A stretch of DNA of 64,000 nt from Octopus vulgaris (lineage: Eukaryota): the NCBI GenBank assembly GCA_951406725.2, contig OX597827.1:71920001-71984000 (forward strand). Reading direction: 5' to 3'. This document shows, in pieces, positions 37,701-52,384 of this stretch. The position numbers and the translations under genes are program-made. The notes beneath the pieces were generated by a model that was given only the letters and a program-made list of their open reading frames with translations, had not been told where the DNA came from and did no database searches. Each line of letters opens with the position of its first letter. Position 1 is the first letter of the stretch.

Positions 37701-39226
37701 ACTAACCTTAAACATTTCGCCCGGCGTGCTAACGTTTCTGCCAGCTCGCCGCCTAATATGACCCTGTCGACAACACACAGGTCATCACACGAGCCAGTAG
37801 ACGAGAAGGCCATCAAGTTGGATATCGCTAAAGATCAAGACGTTGTAAACTCTGGAAAGGGCAGTGTTAACTGGACACAGGCTAGGGTCCGATCAACATT
37901 AGACGGGGTGTCCTAGGAGGTGGGGTTTCTGATTGCTGAAAGACCCGAAACACTCAAGAAACATCGTTGATGGCATCTTTAGGGTCATCACAGGATGATG
38001 TACGGAAACGTTGCCTTAAGGTGGCTGAAGACCAAGACGCTGTAAAACCCTGCAGAGGTCAGGTGTCAACTGGACACAGGCTGGGAGCTGATCAATCCTC
38101 GACGGGGTGTCCCAGGAGAGGGAAATGTTTTATCTCAGACATAAATAAGATAGGGATTTCATTTTAAAATATCATTTGTTATTAACAGCAAATAGAAAAA
38201 TTGCAGGAGTGGCTGTGTGGTAAGTAGCTTGTTTACCAACCACATGGTTCCGGGTTCAGTCCCACTGCGTGGCACCTTGGGCAAGTGTCTTCTACTATAG
38301 CCTCGGGCCGACCAAAGCCTTGTGTGTGGATTTGGTAGACGGAAACTGAAAGAAGCCCGTCGTATATATATATATATATATATATATGCGTGTGTGTGTT
38401 TGTCCCCCTAGCATTGCTTGACAACCGATGCTGGTGTGTTTATGTCCCCGTTACTTAGCGGTTCGGCAAAAGAAACCGATAGAATAAGTACTGGGCTTAC
38501 AAAACAATAAGTCCCGAGGTCGAGTTGCTCGATTAAAGGCGGTGCTCCAGCATGGCCGCAGTCAAATGACTGAAACAAGTAAAAGAGTAAATAGTATATC
38601 ATAAACACCTTTGAGTTTACACATAGGCGCAGAGGTGGCTGTGTGACAAGAAGTTTGCTTCCCAACCACATGGTTCCGGGTTCAGTCCCATTGCATGGCA
38701 CCTTGGGCAACAGTTTTTTGCTATAGTTCCGGACCGACCAAAGCTTTGAGAGTGGATTCAATAGGTGGAAACTGAAAGAAGCCCGTCGTGTGTGTGTGTG
38801 TGTGTGTGCATGAGTGTCTTTGTCCCTCACCACCGCTTGACAACTGGTGTTGGTTTGTCTACGTCCCCGTAACTTATCGATTCTAAGAGACCGATAGAAT
38901 AAGTACCAGGCTTAAATGAAAACAAATGCTTGATTCATTCGACCAAAACAATTCAAGGCGGTGCCCCAGCATGGCCACGCAGTCCAACGACTGAAGCAAG
39001 TAAAAGGAATGTCAAAAAATAATAAATATCCTGCTTTCGGGGCCATTATTATCTTAATAACAATCAATCACAAAGCGGCGGGCGAAATGCTTAGTGGTTC
39101 AGCTCAAATTCCGCCGAGGTCGACCTTTCATCTTTTCGGGGTTGATAAATTAAATACCAGTTGCGTACTGAGGTTGATTTAATCGACTGGCCCCCTCCCC
39201 ATATATTTCGGGTCTTGTGCCTAGAG

Positions 39227-39369
39227 CAGTGGTTTTCAACCAGGGTTCCACAAGAGGGGTTCCGCAGTTACAAAACTGCTAAAATCGGCAGTAATTTTTA
39301 ATTCTCAGGGGTTCCCCGAGCCAATGGAATGTTTCCTTGGGGTTCCAGCAAAAAGTTCGAAAAGCACTG
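39227..39369. mobile_element. hAT-type MITE (same family, internally deleted)
   Basis: Same TIRs, 8-bp TSD gcctagag. Confidence 0.85.
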
Positions 39370-42041
39370 GCCTAGAGTAAAGAATTACAATCAATCACGT
39401 ACAAAATATTCTTATTCAAGTGAATAAGAATCTGCGAGGTTGCTTGCAGTGTGCAGAGGAAAAAATTAAATTCAAAACTATGCAGTAGCAACCCATATTA
39501 AATTACTGTTACTGTTCAAACGGGGTTTTTAGAGATTTCGTTAGCAAGTGCTTTCAAATTTGAACGCAGATGAAAGAAAATACGCCCGCGGGTGGGTGAG
39601 AAGTCCCCTCCCACAAACACACATAGGATTTAATTAGAGTGTAAAGAAGTGGGACAGTAAATTGTTTCAACGTTCATAGTTTTTCCTCGGGGGATAAACA
39701 ACGATTTTAACGGAGAATTGTTTCATCTTGATAAGAAAAAGCTCGTCTTTTGTCACCCTCATGCTGTCGTTGGTGTTTTTGAATATGTTCAGCCTCACCG
39801 AGCTGATCTACGATCTAAGGAGTTCTATCCGTGACTATCCCGTCTGTTTAATGTATCTTGGACTACACTTTTCCAGCGTGTCCTTTTTCTTATTTTTCTG
39901 CTTCTTTTTTTTTTAATACGAAAGGGGAAAGGTGATTTCAGGGATAACTGTTTTTTCTGACATGTCGAACGAAGATGCAGAATCTGTCTCCTTGATTTTA
40001 ACCCCAAAATTACCTATGATTAAAATATGCCTATCATCAAAGCGCTTCATCGGCGACCATCCCGTATTTTTGTATATCTAGGACTCGTTATCCAACGAAT
40101 CCTTATTCTAAAATTACAAAACAGTGGTTTTCAACCATTTTGTTTTTTCTCTGGAGACCCCTTTCATTCCTATTTTACTTTACTGGACCTTCATAGCCAT
40201 TTGAAGTTCTAAAGAAAAATATCCTATTATACTGTACGTTATATTCAACTTAGGTTGAAAGTCAACGAAGTTTGCTTTGAGAAGCGTTGAGATGTATTGA
40301 AAGATAAGGAAATAATTTTATTCTCAAACGCAGGATAATGCTAATAATATAGCATGAACAAGATAAACTATCCATATTTTGCAGAAAAATCTGTCGGTGG
40401 CCAGCTATGAGACAGATTTTCCAGCAAAATATAGATATTTATCCTGTTCATGTTAAAATATAATTAGGAATTGTATGAAAAAAATTGTCAAAATATTTTG
40501 TGCATTGTAGAAGAATAACTGATTTATTGCATATAATTTTTAAAAGCAAAATCTTATATGGACTCTTAAGGGCCATGTGGACTCCGACTGAGAACGTCTG
40601 TTGTAGAGAGTGATTTCGCTGCTATTTCTAGCAGGTCGAGTGACCACGTTTATTAAGCTTCCTCATTTACTGTTTACTGGTGGCCACCTTAAAAATGAGG
40701 GGACACATAGAGTCGTAGCTATACAAAGACGAGGTCAGCACAGCAGAAATGCATTTGATCACAGGTTTGCTATATCAAGGTTTTACCTGGTGTTAAACAA
40801 CAACCACACGACGAGGTAACCCTTCTACGTGGTCGCTTGACCGGCTAGAAAAAGCAGCAGAATCGGCTCAACCTTCAACTTTGTTTTAAATAGTGTATTT
40901 ATAGATATAACGTATGAGAAAAAAAATATATAAAAGAAGTGATCATGGCCGGAATGTCTTTCTTTGATCATAAGTCAGCTTGTTCTGAAGTTTGACACGA
41001 TACTGAACAATAATAATTTATTTTCAGTGTTTCGATTTCTGATCGAAGTGAGCCCAAACAAAATACTTTATAAAACATTTAATCAGGTTATTTATTTAGC
41101 CCCAGATCATCCCTGATAGAACAGCCCTAGGATTAAAATCGTTCCAGTCATGACCACACCAACTTTTATTTTTTTTTTTTTTTTCATACATAGTATATCT
41201 AGGGAAACGTTTGTCATTTTTTTTTACATATATTTCTTCGATATTTATAATCGCTTTTAGAATTTTCGGATCTTTTCTTTTTGAAAGCCAGATTTTTCAG
41301 ATTTTTCTAGTTAACTAAATAATTTGAAACTTCGTATACTGGTAGAATGTGTCTCGAATTAAAATTTTTTTAAGGCTCCCCTACTAACCCCATTGTTTAG
41401 GTATGTGTGACACAACAAAAGCAGAACACATTTGAAAAAATCCCGACCAAAACGGAGACATTCCAACTTACATGGGACAGCAGCTCCCAAAGTCTGCCCT
41501 TAGTTCTCCCCACTTCAATTATTTCTGATACAATGTGCCCTTTTTTTTTAAATATATATATATATATAACAAGAATGTTCTGTCTGGTGAAGTGATTTGA
41601 AAATTTGACTGCTATTTCTAGCCGACCGAGAGACCGCATAGGTTTTTTTTCCCCCACATTTAATCCTGTTTAAACAAAAGGTTGGTTTTGTAAAGATTTC
41701 AACACTCTCTCTCTCTCTATCTATCTATCTACCTACCTATTTATCTCAGTCTCTGTTTCTATACCTTTAAAAAAAACACAACCAAAAGTAAGATAAAGAT
41801 GACAAATAAAGTTTAGTGAGACGACGATAAGAAAAGATAATTAATTTGCACACCGTTGCTTGTTTTAAGTTTAAATTTCAAATATCCAAAATGGAGCTTT
41901 ATAACCTGGGCGGCCCAAACTCCCAATGACAGGTGCTCAGAAACAGCAACAGGCGATAAAAGTTTTCAAACTTCCCACTCACACAGGTCGTTTAGGACCG
42001 GAAGAGAAATGAATGTAAAGAGGGTTCACACACACCTAGAC

Positions 42042-42081
<40 letters not shown>

Positions 42082-42134
42082 ATGTATGTATGTATTCACA
42101 TATATTTATATTTAAACACCCATATACAGATATT

Positions 42135-42550
<416 letters not shown>

Positions 42551-42768
42551 ATAAATATATATAGACATAAATCTACATATATAGACATATACATATACAT
42601 ATGTGTGTGTGTGTGTCTGTCTGTCTGTATAATATATACACACAACCATACATACACACACATACGTTCGGACGCACAAACTAGAGAAATATAATTCAAT
42701 ATATCTTATGGTTTTTTACAATTTGTCGATTATAAGTTTCAAACTTTTAGCAACTTCGAAGGAATACG

Positions 42769-42845
<77 letters not shown>

Positions 42846-43334
42846 ATATACACAGAAACAAAGGAGGGTGTATAACGTTCCGTGCCTCACACCTTTCCGA
42901 CATCTCATATACATTTATATCACGTATGCCAGGATTTCAAATATAACAGTATTTCTGTAATTGTTTTCCTTGTTTATTTTTCATTTATCGATGTACATGC
43001 ATTTCCCAAGAGAACGTATGTGTATACATCTGCATACATGCATGTGTGTGTGTGTGTGTGTGTTCGATCGGTTTGAATGTTTTTTATAAGCATTAATTAA
43101 ACGGTTTTGACATGTAATTTCGTTTGCTTTTGATGTTTTTATTCAAAAGATTTTGCTTGTTTTTACGAAAGACCGTCCCCAGATTTATCTTCATTAATCT
43201 TCTAACATCCTTCGTTAATCTTCTTCTTCCATATTTAATTACATAAAAAGTTAAGTTACAATTTTTGATCAACATCTGTCGAGTTTTTATTTTTCCCGTT
43301 TGCTTTCGTTTAAAGGCCACAGGACAAACAGTAG

Positions 43335-43950
43335 CACACACAGACATACACACAAACATACAAACACACAGACATACAAGCATATACACACAGACATACA
43401 TACAAACACAGACATACAAGCATACACACACAGACATACAAGCATACACACACATACACACAGACATACAAGCATACACACACAAACACAGACATACAAG
43501 CATACACACAGACATACAAGCATACACACACAAACACAGACATACAAGCATACACACAGACATACATACATACATACATACATACATGCACACATACATA
43601 CATACATACATACATACATACATACATACATACATACACACAGACATACAAGCATACACACACATACATACAAACATACACACACATACATACAAGCATA
43701 CACACACATACATACAAACATACACACACATACATACAAGCATACACACACATACATACAAACATACACACACATACATACAAGCGTACACACACATACA
43801 TACATACATACACACAAACACAGACATACAAGCATACACACACAGACATACAAGCATACACGAACCTACACATACACAGACATACACACAAACACTCACA
43901 GACCGTAGCACACATGCACAAACACACACACATATACAGTCACAAACACA
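43335..43950. repeat. (CATA/CA)n compound microsatellite
   Basis: Direct reading. Confidence 0.95.
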
Positions 43951-44036
43951 CACCCTCTCGTTCGAAAGAAGTGTTAGAAGAAACAAAAGTTTATTGATGC
44001 ATGAAAAAAGGAGAGAAAACAAAAAATAGTACTGAC

Positions 44037-44189
44037 CGCTAGAGGGGCCCTCATACAGCCCTGATCAATACCAAAAGGTATTTTCACACCCGCCTTGCGA
44101 AGCTCTTCCACAATTAACGCGTGTAAGTTGTTCACCGAATCGACATGTATCACCTCGCGAATATCTTTCACGTATTCAATAACAGACAT
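44037..44189 (-). CDS. ARHGAP11A: ARHGAP11A-like RhoGAP, coding exon 1 (MSVIEYVKD...LIVEELRKAGVKIP...RAPLA)
   Basis: ATG in ataATG context, 51 codons, donor GCG|gtcagt (phase 0) matching exon 2. LIVEELRKAGVKIP resembles the ARHGAP11A N-terminal L..HLR..GIKV segment (from recall). Confidence 0.75.
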
Positions 44190-44279
44190 TATGATGTCTA
44201 ATCGAAAAGTTCAGAGACGAAAAATTAAAGGATGTTGCGAATTTCTATAAAACCATTGAAGGAAAAAACAGAAGACTTT

Positions 44280-44520
44280 AAGTCGTATTAATTGGTTGCT
44301 TCCGCCTCCGTCGGTGTGTCTATGTAATGATGAAGCACCGACTGTCGTTAAAAGTTAATTGGTTGTGGCCTGTTTTGATGTTTGTATTTGCTACTGCCGG
44401 CCGATGAAGATGTTGCTACTGTTGATGTCTGAAAGTCGCAAACACTTGTGATAACTGTTGCTATTTTTGTACCCGCTTTCTACTTTAAATTTTGCCCACG
44501 TGACCTGACGTCATCAGGAA
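44280..44520 (-). promoter_or_regulatory. Candidate RhoGAP promoter
   Basis: Repeat-free, CpG-containing stretch upstream of the ATG. Two CCAAT boxes on the minus strand (attgg ~44291, ~44358), E-box CACGTG 44497-44502, perfect CRE TGACGTCA 44506-44513. Confidence 0.55.
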
Positions 44521-44581
44521 CTGCTGAAGGGGGCGTAACTCTTGTGATATTTAGATGGGGGTTATGAATGCGGTGGGAATT

Positions 44582-45060
44582 GTATGTATGTATGCATGTG
44601 TGTATGTATGTATGTATGTGTGTGTGTATGTATGTATGTATGTATGTATGTATGTATGTATGTGTGTATGTATGTATGTATGCATGTGTGTATGCATGTA
44701 TGTATGTATGTGTATATGTATGTATGTGTGTATGTATGTATGTATGTGTGTAGGTGTGTATGTATATATGTATGTATGTATGTGCGTATGTATGTATGTG
44801 TATATGTATGTATGTATGGTCGTGTGTGTATGTATGTGTATATGTATGTATGTATGTGTGTATGTATGTATGTATGTATGTGTATATGTATGTATGTGCG
44901 TATGTGTGTATGTATGTATGTGTATATGTATGTATGTGTGTATGTATGTGTATATGTGTGTATGTATGTATGTGTGTATGTATGTATGTGTGTATGTATG
45001 TATGTATGTGTATATGTATGTATGTGTATATGTATGTGTGTGTGTGTGTATGTATGTATG
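44582..45060. repeat. (TATG)n microsatellite
   Basis: Direct reading. Confidence 0.95.
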
Positions 45061-45366
45061 TCACATTCGGTCACAGCACCAGTAACAGTTAAGCTTCGTG
45101 CAATGGCCATACTCGATAACGAGGGGGCAGCCATAATGTATGTATGTATGATTGTGTGTGTGTTGATGGGAGACCATCATGTCAAGATGAAGCAATCATC
45201 ATCTATGTATGTGTGCGTGTACGTGTATGAATGTATGTATGTATTTGTGCATGCATGTATGTACTTGTGTGTAAACTCTGTGTAAGTTGGACCTGTTATT
45301 CTTTTATTCTTTTACCTGTTTCAGTCATTTGACAGCGACCATGCTGGAGCACCGATTTAGTCGAAC

Positions 45367-46430
45367 AAATCTCAAAAAGTCTTCGTGTGAACGTGACCTG
45401 GGTGTTATTGACGACAGTGATTTGCGTTGGACAAAACACATCGCTAAAATTGTCAAGAAGGCTGAGGGTGTCTTGGCATCACTCACCAAATCCTTTGTGA
45501 GCCGCTCTCCGACTATCTATCTGCGGCTTTATACAACTATGGTAAGACCTCACCTGGAATTTGCATCACCGGTCTGGAACCCCTGGACCTGTTATTCTTT
45601 TATTCTTTTACCTGTTTCAGTCATTTGACTGCGACCATGCTGGAGCACCGATTTAGTCGAACAAATCTCAAAAAGTCTTCGTGTGAACGTGACCTGGGTG
45701 TTATTGACGACAGTGATTTGCGTTGGACAAAACAAATCGCAAAAATTGTCAAGAAGGCTGAGGGTGTCTTGGCATCACTCACCAAATCCTTTGTGAGCCG
45801 CTCTCCGACTATCTATCTGCGGCTTTATACAACTATGGTAAGACCTCACCTGGAATTTGCATCACCGGTCTGGAACCCCTATCTTGCCCGGGATATCAAT
45901 CGTCTGGAAGCCGTTCAGCGATGTGCAACCAAAAGAATACCCTCCATCAGGCATTTGCCATATTCTGAACGCCTTACTTCCCTGGCCATGGGCACCATTG
46001 AAACTCCGACGTCTGGCAGCTGACTTGGCAGACACCCATAAAATTATCAACCATCGTACAAACAATAACTCTGAGCACCTTTTCAAACTCCACCCGTCTA
46101 ACACCCGTGGACATATTTACAAAGTAAGAAAACAGTACAGCTTCCATGACTTTAGGAAACATTTTTTCACGCTGAGAGTTGCTGAAGCATGGAACAAACT
46201 GCCGGCATCGGTTGTTAGTTGTCGGAGCACTGCATCCTTCAAAACTTTCATGCTTTCTGAGATTCGCCAACACTAAACCTGATTTCCTCTCCTCCATACA
46301 CACACAAGCATGTATCTGACTCATACATTGTTCGCTTTCCAGACATTTGTACATTACTGCATACACTTTATACGTACTTTCTGATAAGTTGTGGTGCACC
46401 TGAGCACTGTATACAATAATTTCATTATAT
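45367..46430 (+). mobile_element. 5'-truncated CR1-clade LINE nested in a SINE, with a ~298-bp tandem duplication of the 5' junction
   Basis: ERDLGV, LYTTMVRPHLEFASPVWNP, LEAVQR.ATK, TRGH and FF..RV...WNKLP motifs, with a frameshift. The SINE resumes at ~46433. Confidence 0.88.
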
Positions 46431-46850
46431 ATAAATCGACCCAAGGACTTTGTAAGCCTAGTACTTATTATTTATTGAAAATATTCTGGTGAAATTTCAA
46501 GCAGTGGAAAAAGCACATTAGCATAGTCCTCTTTCTCTATACTGGGGACTACATTCCAGTATATATCTTGTATCTTTTTGGTTTTCATCCTTTAGACTGC
46601 GGCCGTGCTGGGACACTGACTTGAGGAGCTTTCATTTGTCGAATGAATCGACCCCACTTCTTATTACAGTATCACCACATTTCTGTGAATAGAATGTGAT
46701 CTCGAATATAATGCGATTCCAGTTATTTTCTTTCTTTGCATCGAAAAATCATTTATATACGATTTTATTCGCTTATCTTTCTTTCATCTTTGCTCTGGAG
46801 TTGATCGAACAAATGAATCCTCGACATCAAATGACGGAGATCCATCCATC

Positions 46851-46900
<50 letters not shown>

Positions 46901-47054
46901 CACACACACATATCCATATATTTGCATACATACATGACCACATATAAATAGATACAGATATAGGAGTAATTATACTTAAATGCATACATACACGCACACA
47001 TAAATATACACACATACACATACATACAGATATATACACATACATACATACATA

Positions 47055-48073
47055 TCTATATATATAAAACTGTAGTTGTGTGAGTGTCTGTCCCCTTCGA
47101 TTTAGATTCCTAACTCCTCCCACATTTTGCGGTGCAGTTTAACCAAATTCGGGTATCTTATAGTCGTGATTCATATCGAGCCCGTCTGACTATTAGCGCG
47201 CGTCAACGATGAGTCTACGATTTTAAAAATTATTTAACATCATTTTTTATTCCATTTTAATGCATAAAATGCATCGTGTGTCGATGGCGGCGGAGTTGGC
47301 GTCCACGCTCAAAGCTGCACCTGTTTGCTTCTCCCCCTTCCATCCCTCGTGAAGCTGTGGGGAAGGGAGTGTAAAGAAATCAACGTCGTAATGCGTTGTG
47401 AAGGAGACCAGCGTTCTTTTAGAACAACGACTTCATGGCTTGAAGACACCAAAACAAAAATGGCTAAGAAAGCCCGAATTTATAAGGGAAGTAACTCTCT
47501 AAAAATGCTTATATAGTTATTTCCCTTACAAACCCGAGCAACGCCGGGCGATACTGCTAGTCTATATATATAAAACTGTAGTTGTGTGAGTGTATGTCCC
47601 CTTCGATTTAGATTCCTAACTACTCCCACATTTTGCGGTGCAGTTTAACCAAATTCGGGTATCTTATAGTCGTGATTCATATCGAGCCCGTCTGAGTATT
47701 AGCGCGCGTCTACGATGAGTCTACGATTTTAAAAATAATTTAACATCATTTTTTATTCCATTTTAATGCATAATTTTTCGTGTGTCGATGGCGGCGGAGT
47801 TGGCGTCCATGGTCACACCTGCACCTGTTTGCTTCTCCCCCTTCTTCCCTCCCTTGTGAAGCTGTGGGGAAGGGAGTGTAAGGAAATCAACGTCGTAAAA
47901 CGTTGTGAAGGAGACCAGCGTTCTTTTAGAACAACGACTTCATGGCTTGAAGACACCAAAACAGAAATGGCTAAGAAAGCCCGAATTGGCATCTATAAGG
48001 GAAGTAACTCTCTAAAAATGCTTATATAGTTATTTCCCTTACAAACCCGAGCAACGCCGGGTGATACTGCTAG
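47055..48073 (+). mobile_element. Head-to-tail Helitron dimer (47055-47560 and 47561-48073)
   Basis: Exact CTAG|TC junction at 47560/47561; A|T target. Confidence 0.85.
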
Positions 48074-48429
48074 TATTACATACAAATACGTACAAAGACA
48101 AAACGAGAGGAAGCAAAAAGTGGAGACTTTCAGATGATGGGTGTGTGGTAAGCAGCTTGCTTCCCAACCACAAGGTTCCGGGTTCAGTCCCACTGCATGT
48201 CATCTTGGGCAAGTGTTATTTTTCTGAAGACTTGCATTGACCCTTCTACCTTGTAAAAAGAAATTTTGAGTCAGGAGAAACGTCTGGAAAGTTAAGAACA
48301 AAAACAGGGGAGGCAACTCCATTTTATTTTTGGATACTATTAGACAAGTGGTTCTCAACGTGAGCGATAGTGTCCCTTGAGAGATGTCGTGACATCGTTA
48401 AAGAGCGATAAATGGCGAAATCAGAACGA

Positions 48430-49020
48430 AGGTCGGCGAGCTGGCAGAAACGTTAGCACGCCGGGCGAAGTGCGTAGTCGTGTTTCGTCTGCCGTTACGT
48501 TCTGAGTTCAAATTCCGCCGAGGTCGACTTTGCCTTTCATCCTTTCGGGGTCGATTAAATAAGTACTAGTTACGCACTGGGGTGGATATAATCGACTTAA
48601 TCTGTTTGTCCTCACTGTGTTTAGCCCCTTGTGGGTAGTAAAGAAATAGGTATTTCGTCTGCCGTTACATTGTGAGTTCGAATTCCGCCGAGGTCGACTT
48701 TGCCTTTCATCCTTTCGGGGTCAATAAATTAAGTACCAGTTATGCACTGAAGTCGATGTAATCGACTTAATACCTATGTCTGTCCTTGTTTGTTCCCTCT
48801 ATGTTTAGCCCCTTGTGGGTAATAAAGAAATAGGTATTTCGTCTGCCGTTACGTTGTGAGTTCAAATTCCGCCGAGGTCGACTTTGCCTTTCATCCTTTC
48901 GGGGTCAATAAATTAAGTACCAGTTATGCACTGAAGTCGATGTAATCGACTTAATCCCTTTGTCTGTCCTTGTTTGTCCCCTCTCTGTTTAGCCCCTTGT
49001 GGCTCATAAAGAAATAGGTA
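48430..49020 (+). mobile_element. SINE family B tandem trimer (Nin-domain-like gcctttcatcctttcggggtcgataaa); other copies ~600-1020, 2200-2650, 12540-12890, 18990-19225, 20895-21317, 50365-50545, 63875-64000
   Basis: ggcgagctggcagaa...gagttcaaattc head; body repeated with ~170-185 bp period. Confidence 0.82.
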
Positions 49021-49025
49021 TAGAA

Positions 49026-49704
49026 CAGGGCTGGCCAACTCGGAATTACATAGCGGGCCAGTTTAATCACAGGAAGTTTTTTGGAGACCGCTTTGTATAC
49101 TAATAGAATTGAAAGCATTTTGCTTTCTCGTGTCACGAATGAATGGTCGTTCATTCAACATAAAATATTATCATTGTAAAAACAGTATTCTATTCTTTTA
49201 CTTGCTTCAGTCATTTGACTGCGGTCATGGTGGAGCACCGCCTTTAGTCGAGCAAACCGACCCCAGGTCTTATTCTTCGTAAGCCTGTACTTATTCTAAC
49301 GGTCTATTTTGCCGAACCGCTAAGTTACGGGGACGTAAACACACCAACATTTGTCGCCAAGCAACGGTGGGGGGGACAAACAGACACATACACACACACA
49401 CACTTACATATATACGACGGGCTTCTTTCAGTTTCCGTCTATCAAATCCACTCACAAGGCTTTGGTCGGCCCGAGGCTATAGTAGAAGACACTTGCCCAA
49501 GGTGCCACACAGTGGGACTGAACCCGGAACCATGCGGCTGGAAAGTATCTTTCTTTTTTACTTTTCATTACAAACTTTAATTCTTGATAAAATTTTTTCA
49601 AATGTTTGTTTAAATAAAGCCATTTCAAGAAAGTATCAAGCGAGCCGCAAGATAGAAGTCTGCGGGCCGCATGCGGATCGAGGGCCCCGGGTTGGCCAGC
49701 CCTG
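49026..49704. mobile_element. hAT-type MITE with nested SINE
   Basis: TIRs cagggctggccaac / gttggccagccctg; decayed 8-bp TSD gtatagaa / atatcgaa. Confidence 0.7.
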
Positions 49705-51431
49705 ATATCGAAGATCGTGATTTGAAAAATAAAATATCTCAACCATTTACAATGCTTATATTTAAAATACAAATATATATATAGCTGTATCGGCCTTTGC
49801 ACTCCACTCACAAGGCTTTGGTCGGCCCGAGGCATAGAGAAGACACTTGCCCAAGGTGCCACGCAGTGAGACTGAACCTGGAATCTTGTGGTTGGGAAGC
49901 AAGCTGCTACACACACCCATCATCTGAAAGTCTCCACCTATAGGAGTAATTATACTTAAATGCATACATACACGCACACATAAATATACACACATACACA
50001 TACATACAGATATATACACATACATACATACATATATTACATACAAATACGTACAAAGGCCTTTGCCTTGGATAACATACAGTGATGTAGTGAGGGGAGG
50101 TTGGTGCGCATGGGCGACTGCGGTCTTCCACAAACAACCTTGCCCGGACTTGTGCCTCGGAGGGTAACTTTCTAGGTGCAATCCTATGGTCATTTCTCAT
50201 TCGTAAAATGAGACCCCTTAATTTTGCTCAGATTACTTTCAATTTTGGTGTATCGATGCAACTCTGAATTTTAATTACGATCAACCAATTACTTTATCTC
50301 GGAAATACTTGTATTTTAAATACATAATCTTTATCGGGATTAAAATAGGCGCAGTCTGTTCCACTAGACAAACGGATTAAGTCGATTACATCGACCCTAG
50401 TGCGTAACTGGTACTTAATTTATCGACCCCGAAAGGATGAAAGGCAAAGTCGTGCTTGGCGGAATTTGAACTCAGAACGTAACAGCAGACAAAATACCGC
50501 TAGACGTTTCGCCCGGTGTGCTAACGTTACTGCCAGCTCGCCGCCGCCTCGGCTTCCTATGCATACCTTATGATTTTGTTAACGGTGGCGTTATGTAGTG
50601 ACCCAATGAGTGCCTCTTTCTTCACTGTGTTGAGAGTTTTGGCTGTTATTTCTCGCCAGTCGTGTAACCTTGTAGTTTCCCAGTGAAAGGGAAGAAAATG
50701 CTACTGTTTAACTCCAGTTCAATGCTGATTGACAAGAGTTATGATCAAATGTTCCAACCGTGGCTATCCTGTCTCTTACCTATGATCAGGGAACTTAGGA
50801 TCACATTCCCCAGTGTCCTTTCTCAGACGATAGGGTACAATTTCAGTGAGACTTGGCTGCTACTTCTAGCGGTTCATGTGGCCACTTAGTGGCTCCCGCT
50901 GCAGAAGAGATATTTTCAGTGTTGTCGGATGTGAGACTTCAGTTCTACGTAAAACATCGATAACATCAAACCGTTCCTTGAGTCCAGGTCAACCCTGACA
51001 GTAGTCATATATGAGTAAAGGCATTCCAGCCGTGACCAATTCATCTTTTCTTTACAGATAATGTTTCAAGATCAACATTTCCCTACGTAGTCATCATCAC
51101 CACCATCATTTAACGTCTGTTTTCCATGCTAGCATGGGTTAGACAGTTTAACAAGGAGCTGGCAGGGCCACGAAATGCACCAGCTTCCACTGCCTGTTTT
51201 GGCCTGGTTTCTATAGCCGGATGCCCTTCCTAACACCAACCATTTTACAGAGTGTACTGGGTGTTTTCTTTTTTTTTTTTACATGGTTCCCCTCACCAGT
51301 GCCAGCAGCCATCCTGTATTTTAGAACAAAAGTGTTACTTGAAGTATATTTAGCTTGAAGAATATCTAGTGAGGGCTCCTCGCTGGCATATTTGCATGTC
51401 AGAAACACACACATGTCTCAGGGAAGCAAAC

Positions 51432-51680
51432 GTTAAGTTAAGTTAATTTTTTGGCTCAAAAAGCAAAAAGCAAAGCCATGTAGGGGGACATGGAGTTATG
51501 TACAAGGAGGGTGTTCATGCAAAGAGTTCAGGCTATTTCTGGTCAAGAGAGACTTTGAACCGAGCGGTTGTCGGCATCTTCACTATCTCGTCTGGCAGCT
51601 TATTCCACGGATCAGCAACCCGGACGGAGAAAGCCCCTCTCCTTCGATTGAGATGAAATCGTCGCAGAGAGAGCTTTTCG
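51432..51680 (-). mobile_element. CR1-clade LINE 3' end
   Basis: Minus strand encodes AFSVRVADPWNKLPDEIV...FKVSLDQK*; (TTAAC)n tail. Confidence 0.75.
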
Positions 51681-52348
51681 GACGTGTATTGAATAATGAT
51701 TTGACTTAAGATAGGTCACAGTCATTACTGACCCATGTGCCTAACTGAAGAGCACCACTAAGGACAGAAAAAAGAAAAACCTGACAGACATGACTGTATG
51801 GTAAGAAGCTTGCTTCCCAACCACATGGTTCCAGGTTCAGTCCCACTGAATGGCACACCTCCGGGAAATGTCTTCTGCTATAGCCCCAGATCGACCAAAG
51901 CCTTGCGAGTGGATTTGGTAGACGGAAACTGAAAGAAGCCCGTCGTGTGTGCGTGTGTGTATTCTTTTATTCTATTCTTTTGTTTCAGTAATTTGACCGT
52001 GGCCATGCTGGAAGACTGTCTTTAGTCAAAAAGTCGACCCCAGGACTTATTCTTTGTAAGCCTAGTAGTTATTCTATCGGTCTCATCTGCCAAACCACCA
52101 AGTTACGGGGACGTAATCACACCAACATTGGTTGTGAAGCGATGATGGGGCGGGGGACAAACATATACATACATATATATATATATATATAGACGACAGG
52201 CTTCTTTCAGTTTCCGTCTACCAAACCCATTCACAAGGCTTTGATTAGCCTGAGGCTATAGCAGAAGAAACCTGCCTGAGGTGCCACACAGCGAGACTGA
52301 ACCCTGAACCATGTGGTTGGGAAGTAAGCTTCTTACCAGACAGCCACG

Positions 52349-52384
<36 letters not shown>

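Noticed and set aside
37672-37710. Interstitial telomere
   Set aside because: Too short and degenerate; it appears to be the tail of a dispersed repeat.
39720-39870. Extra RhoGAP exon
   Set aside because: No compatible splice sites or homology; exons 1 and 2 already join in phase.
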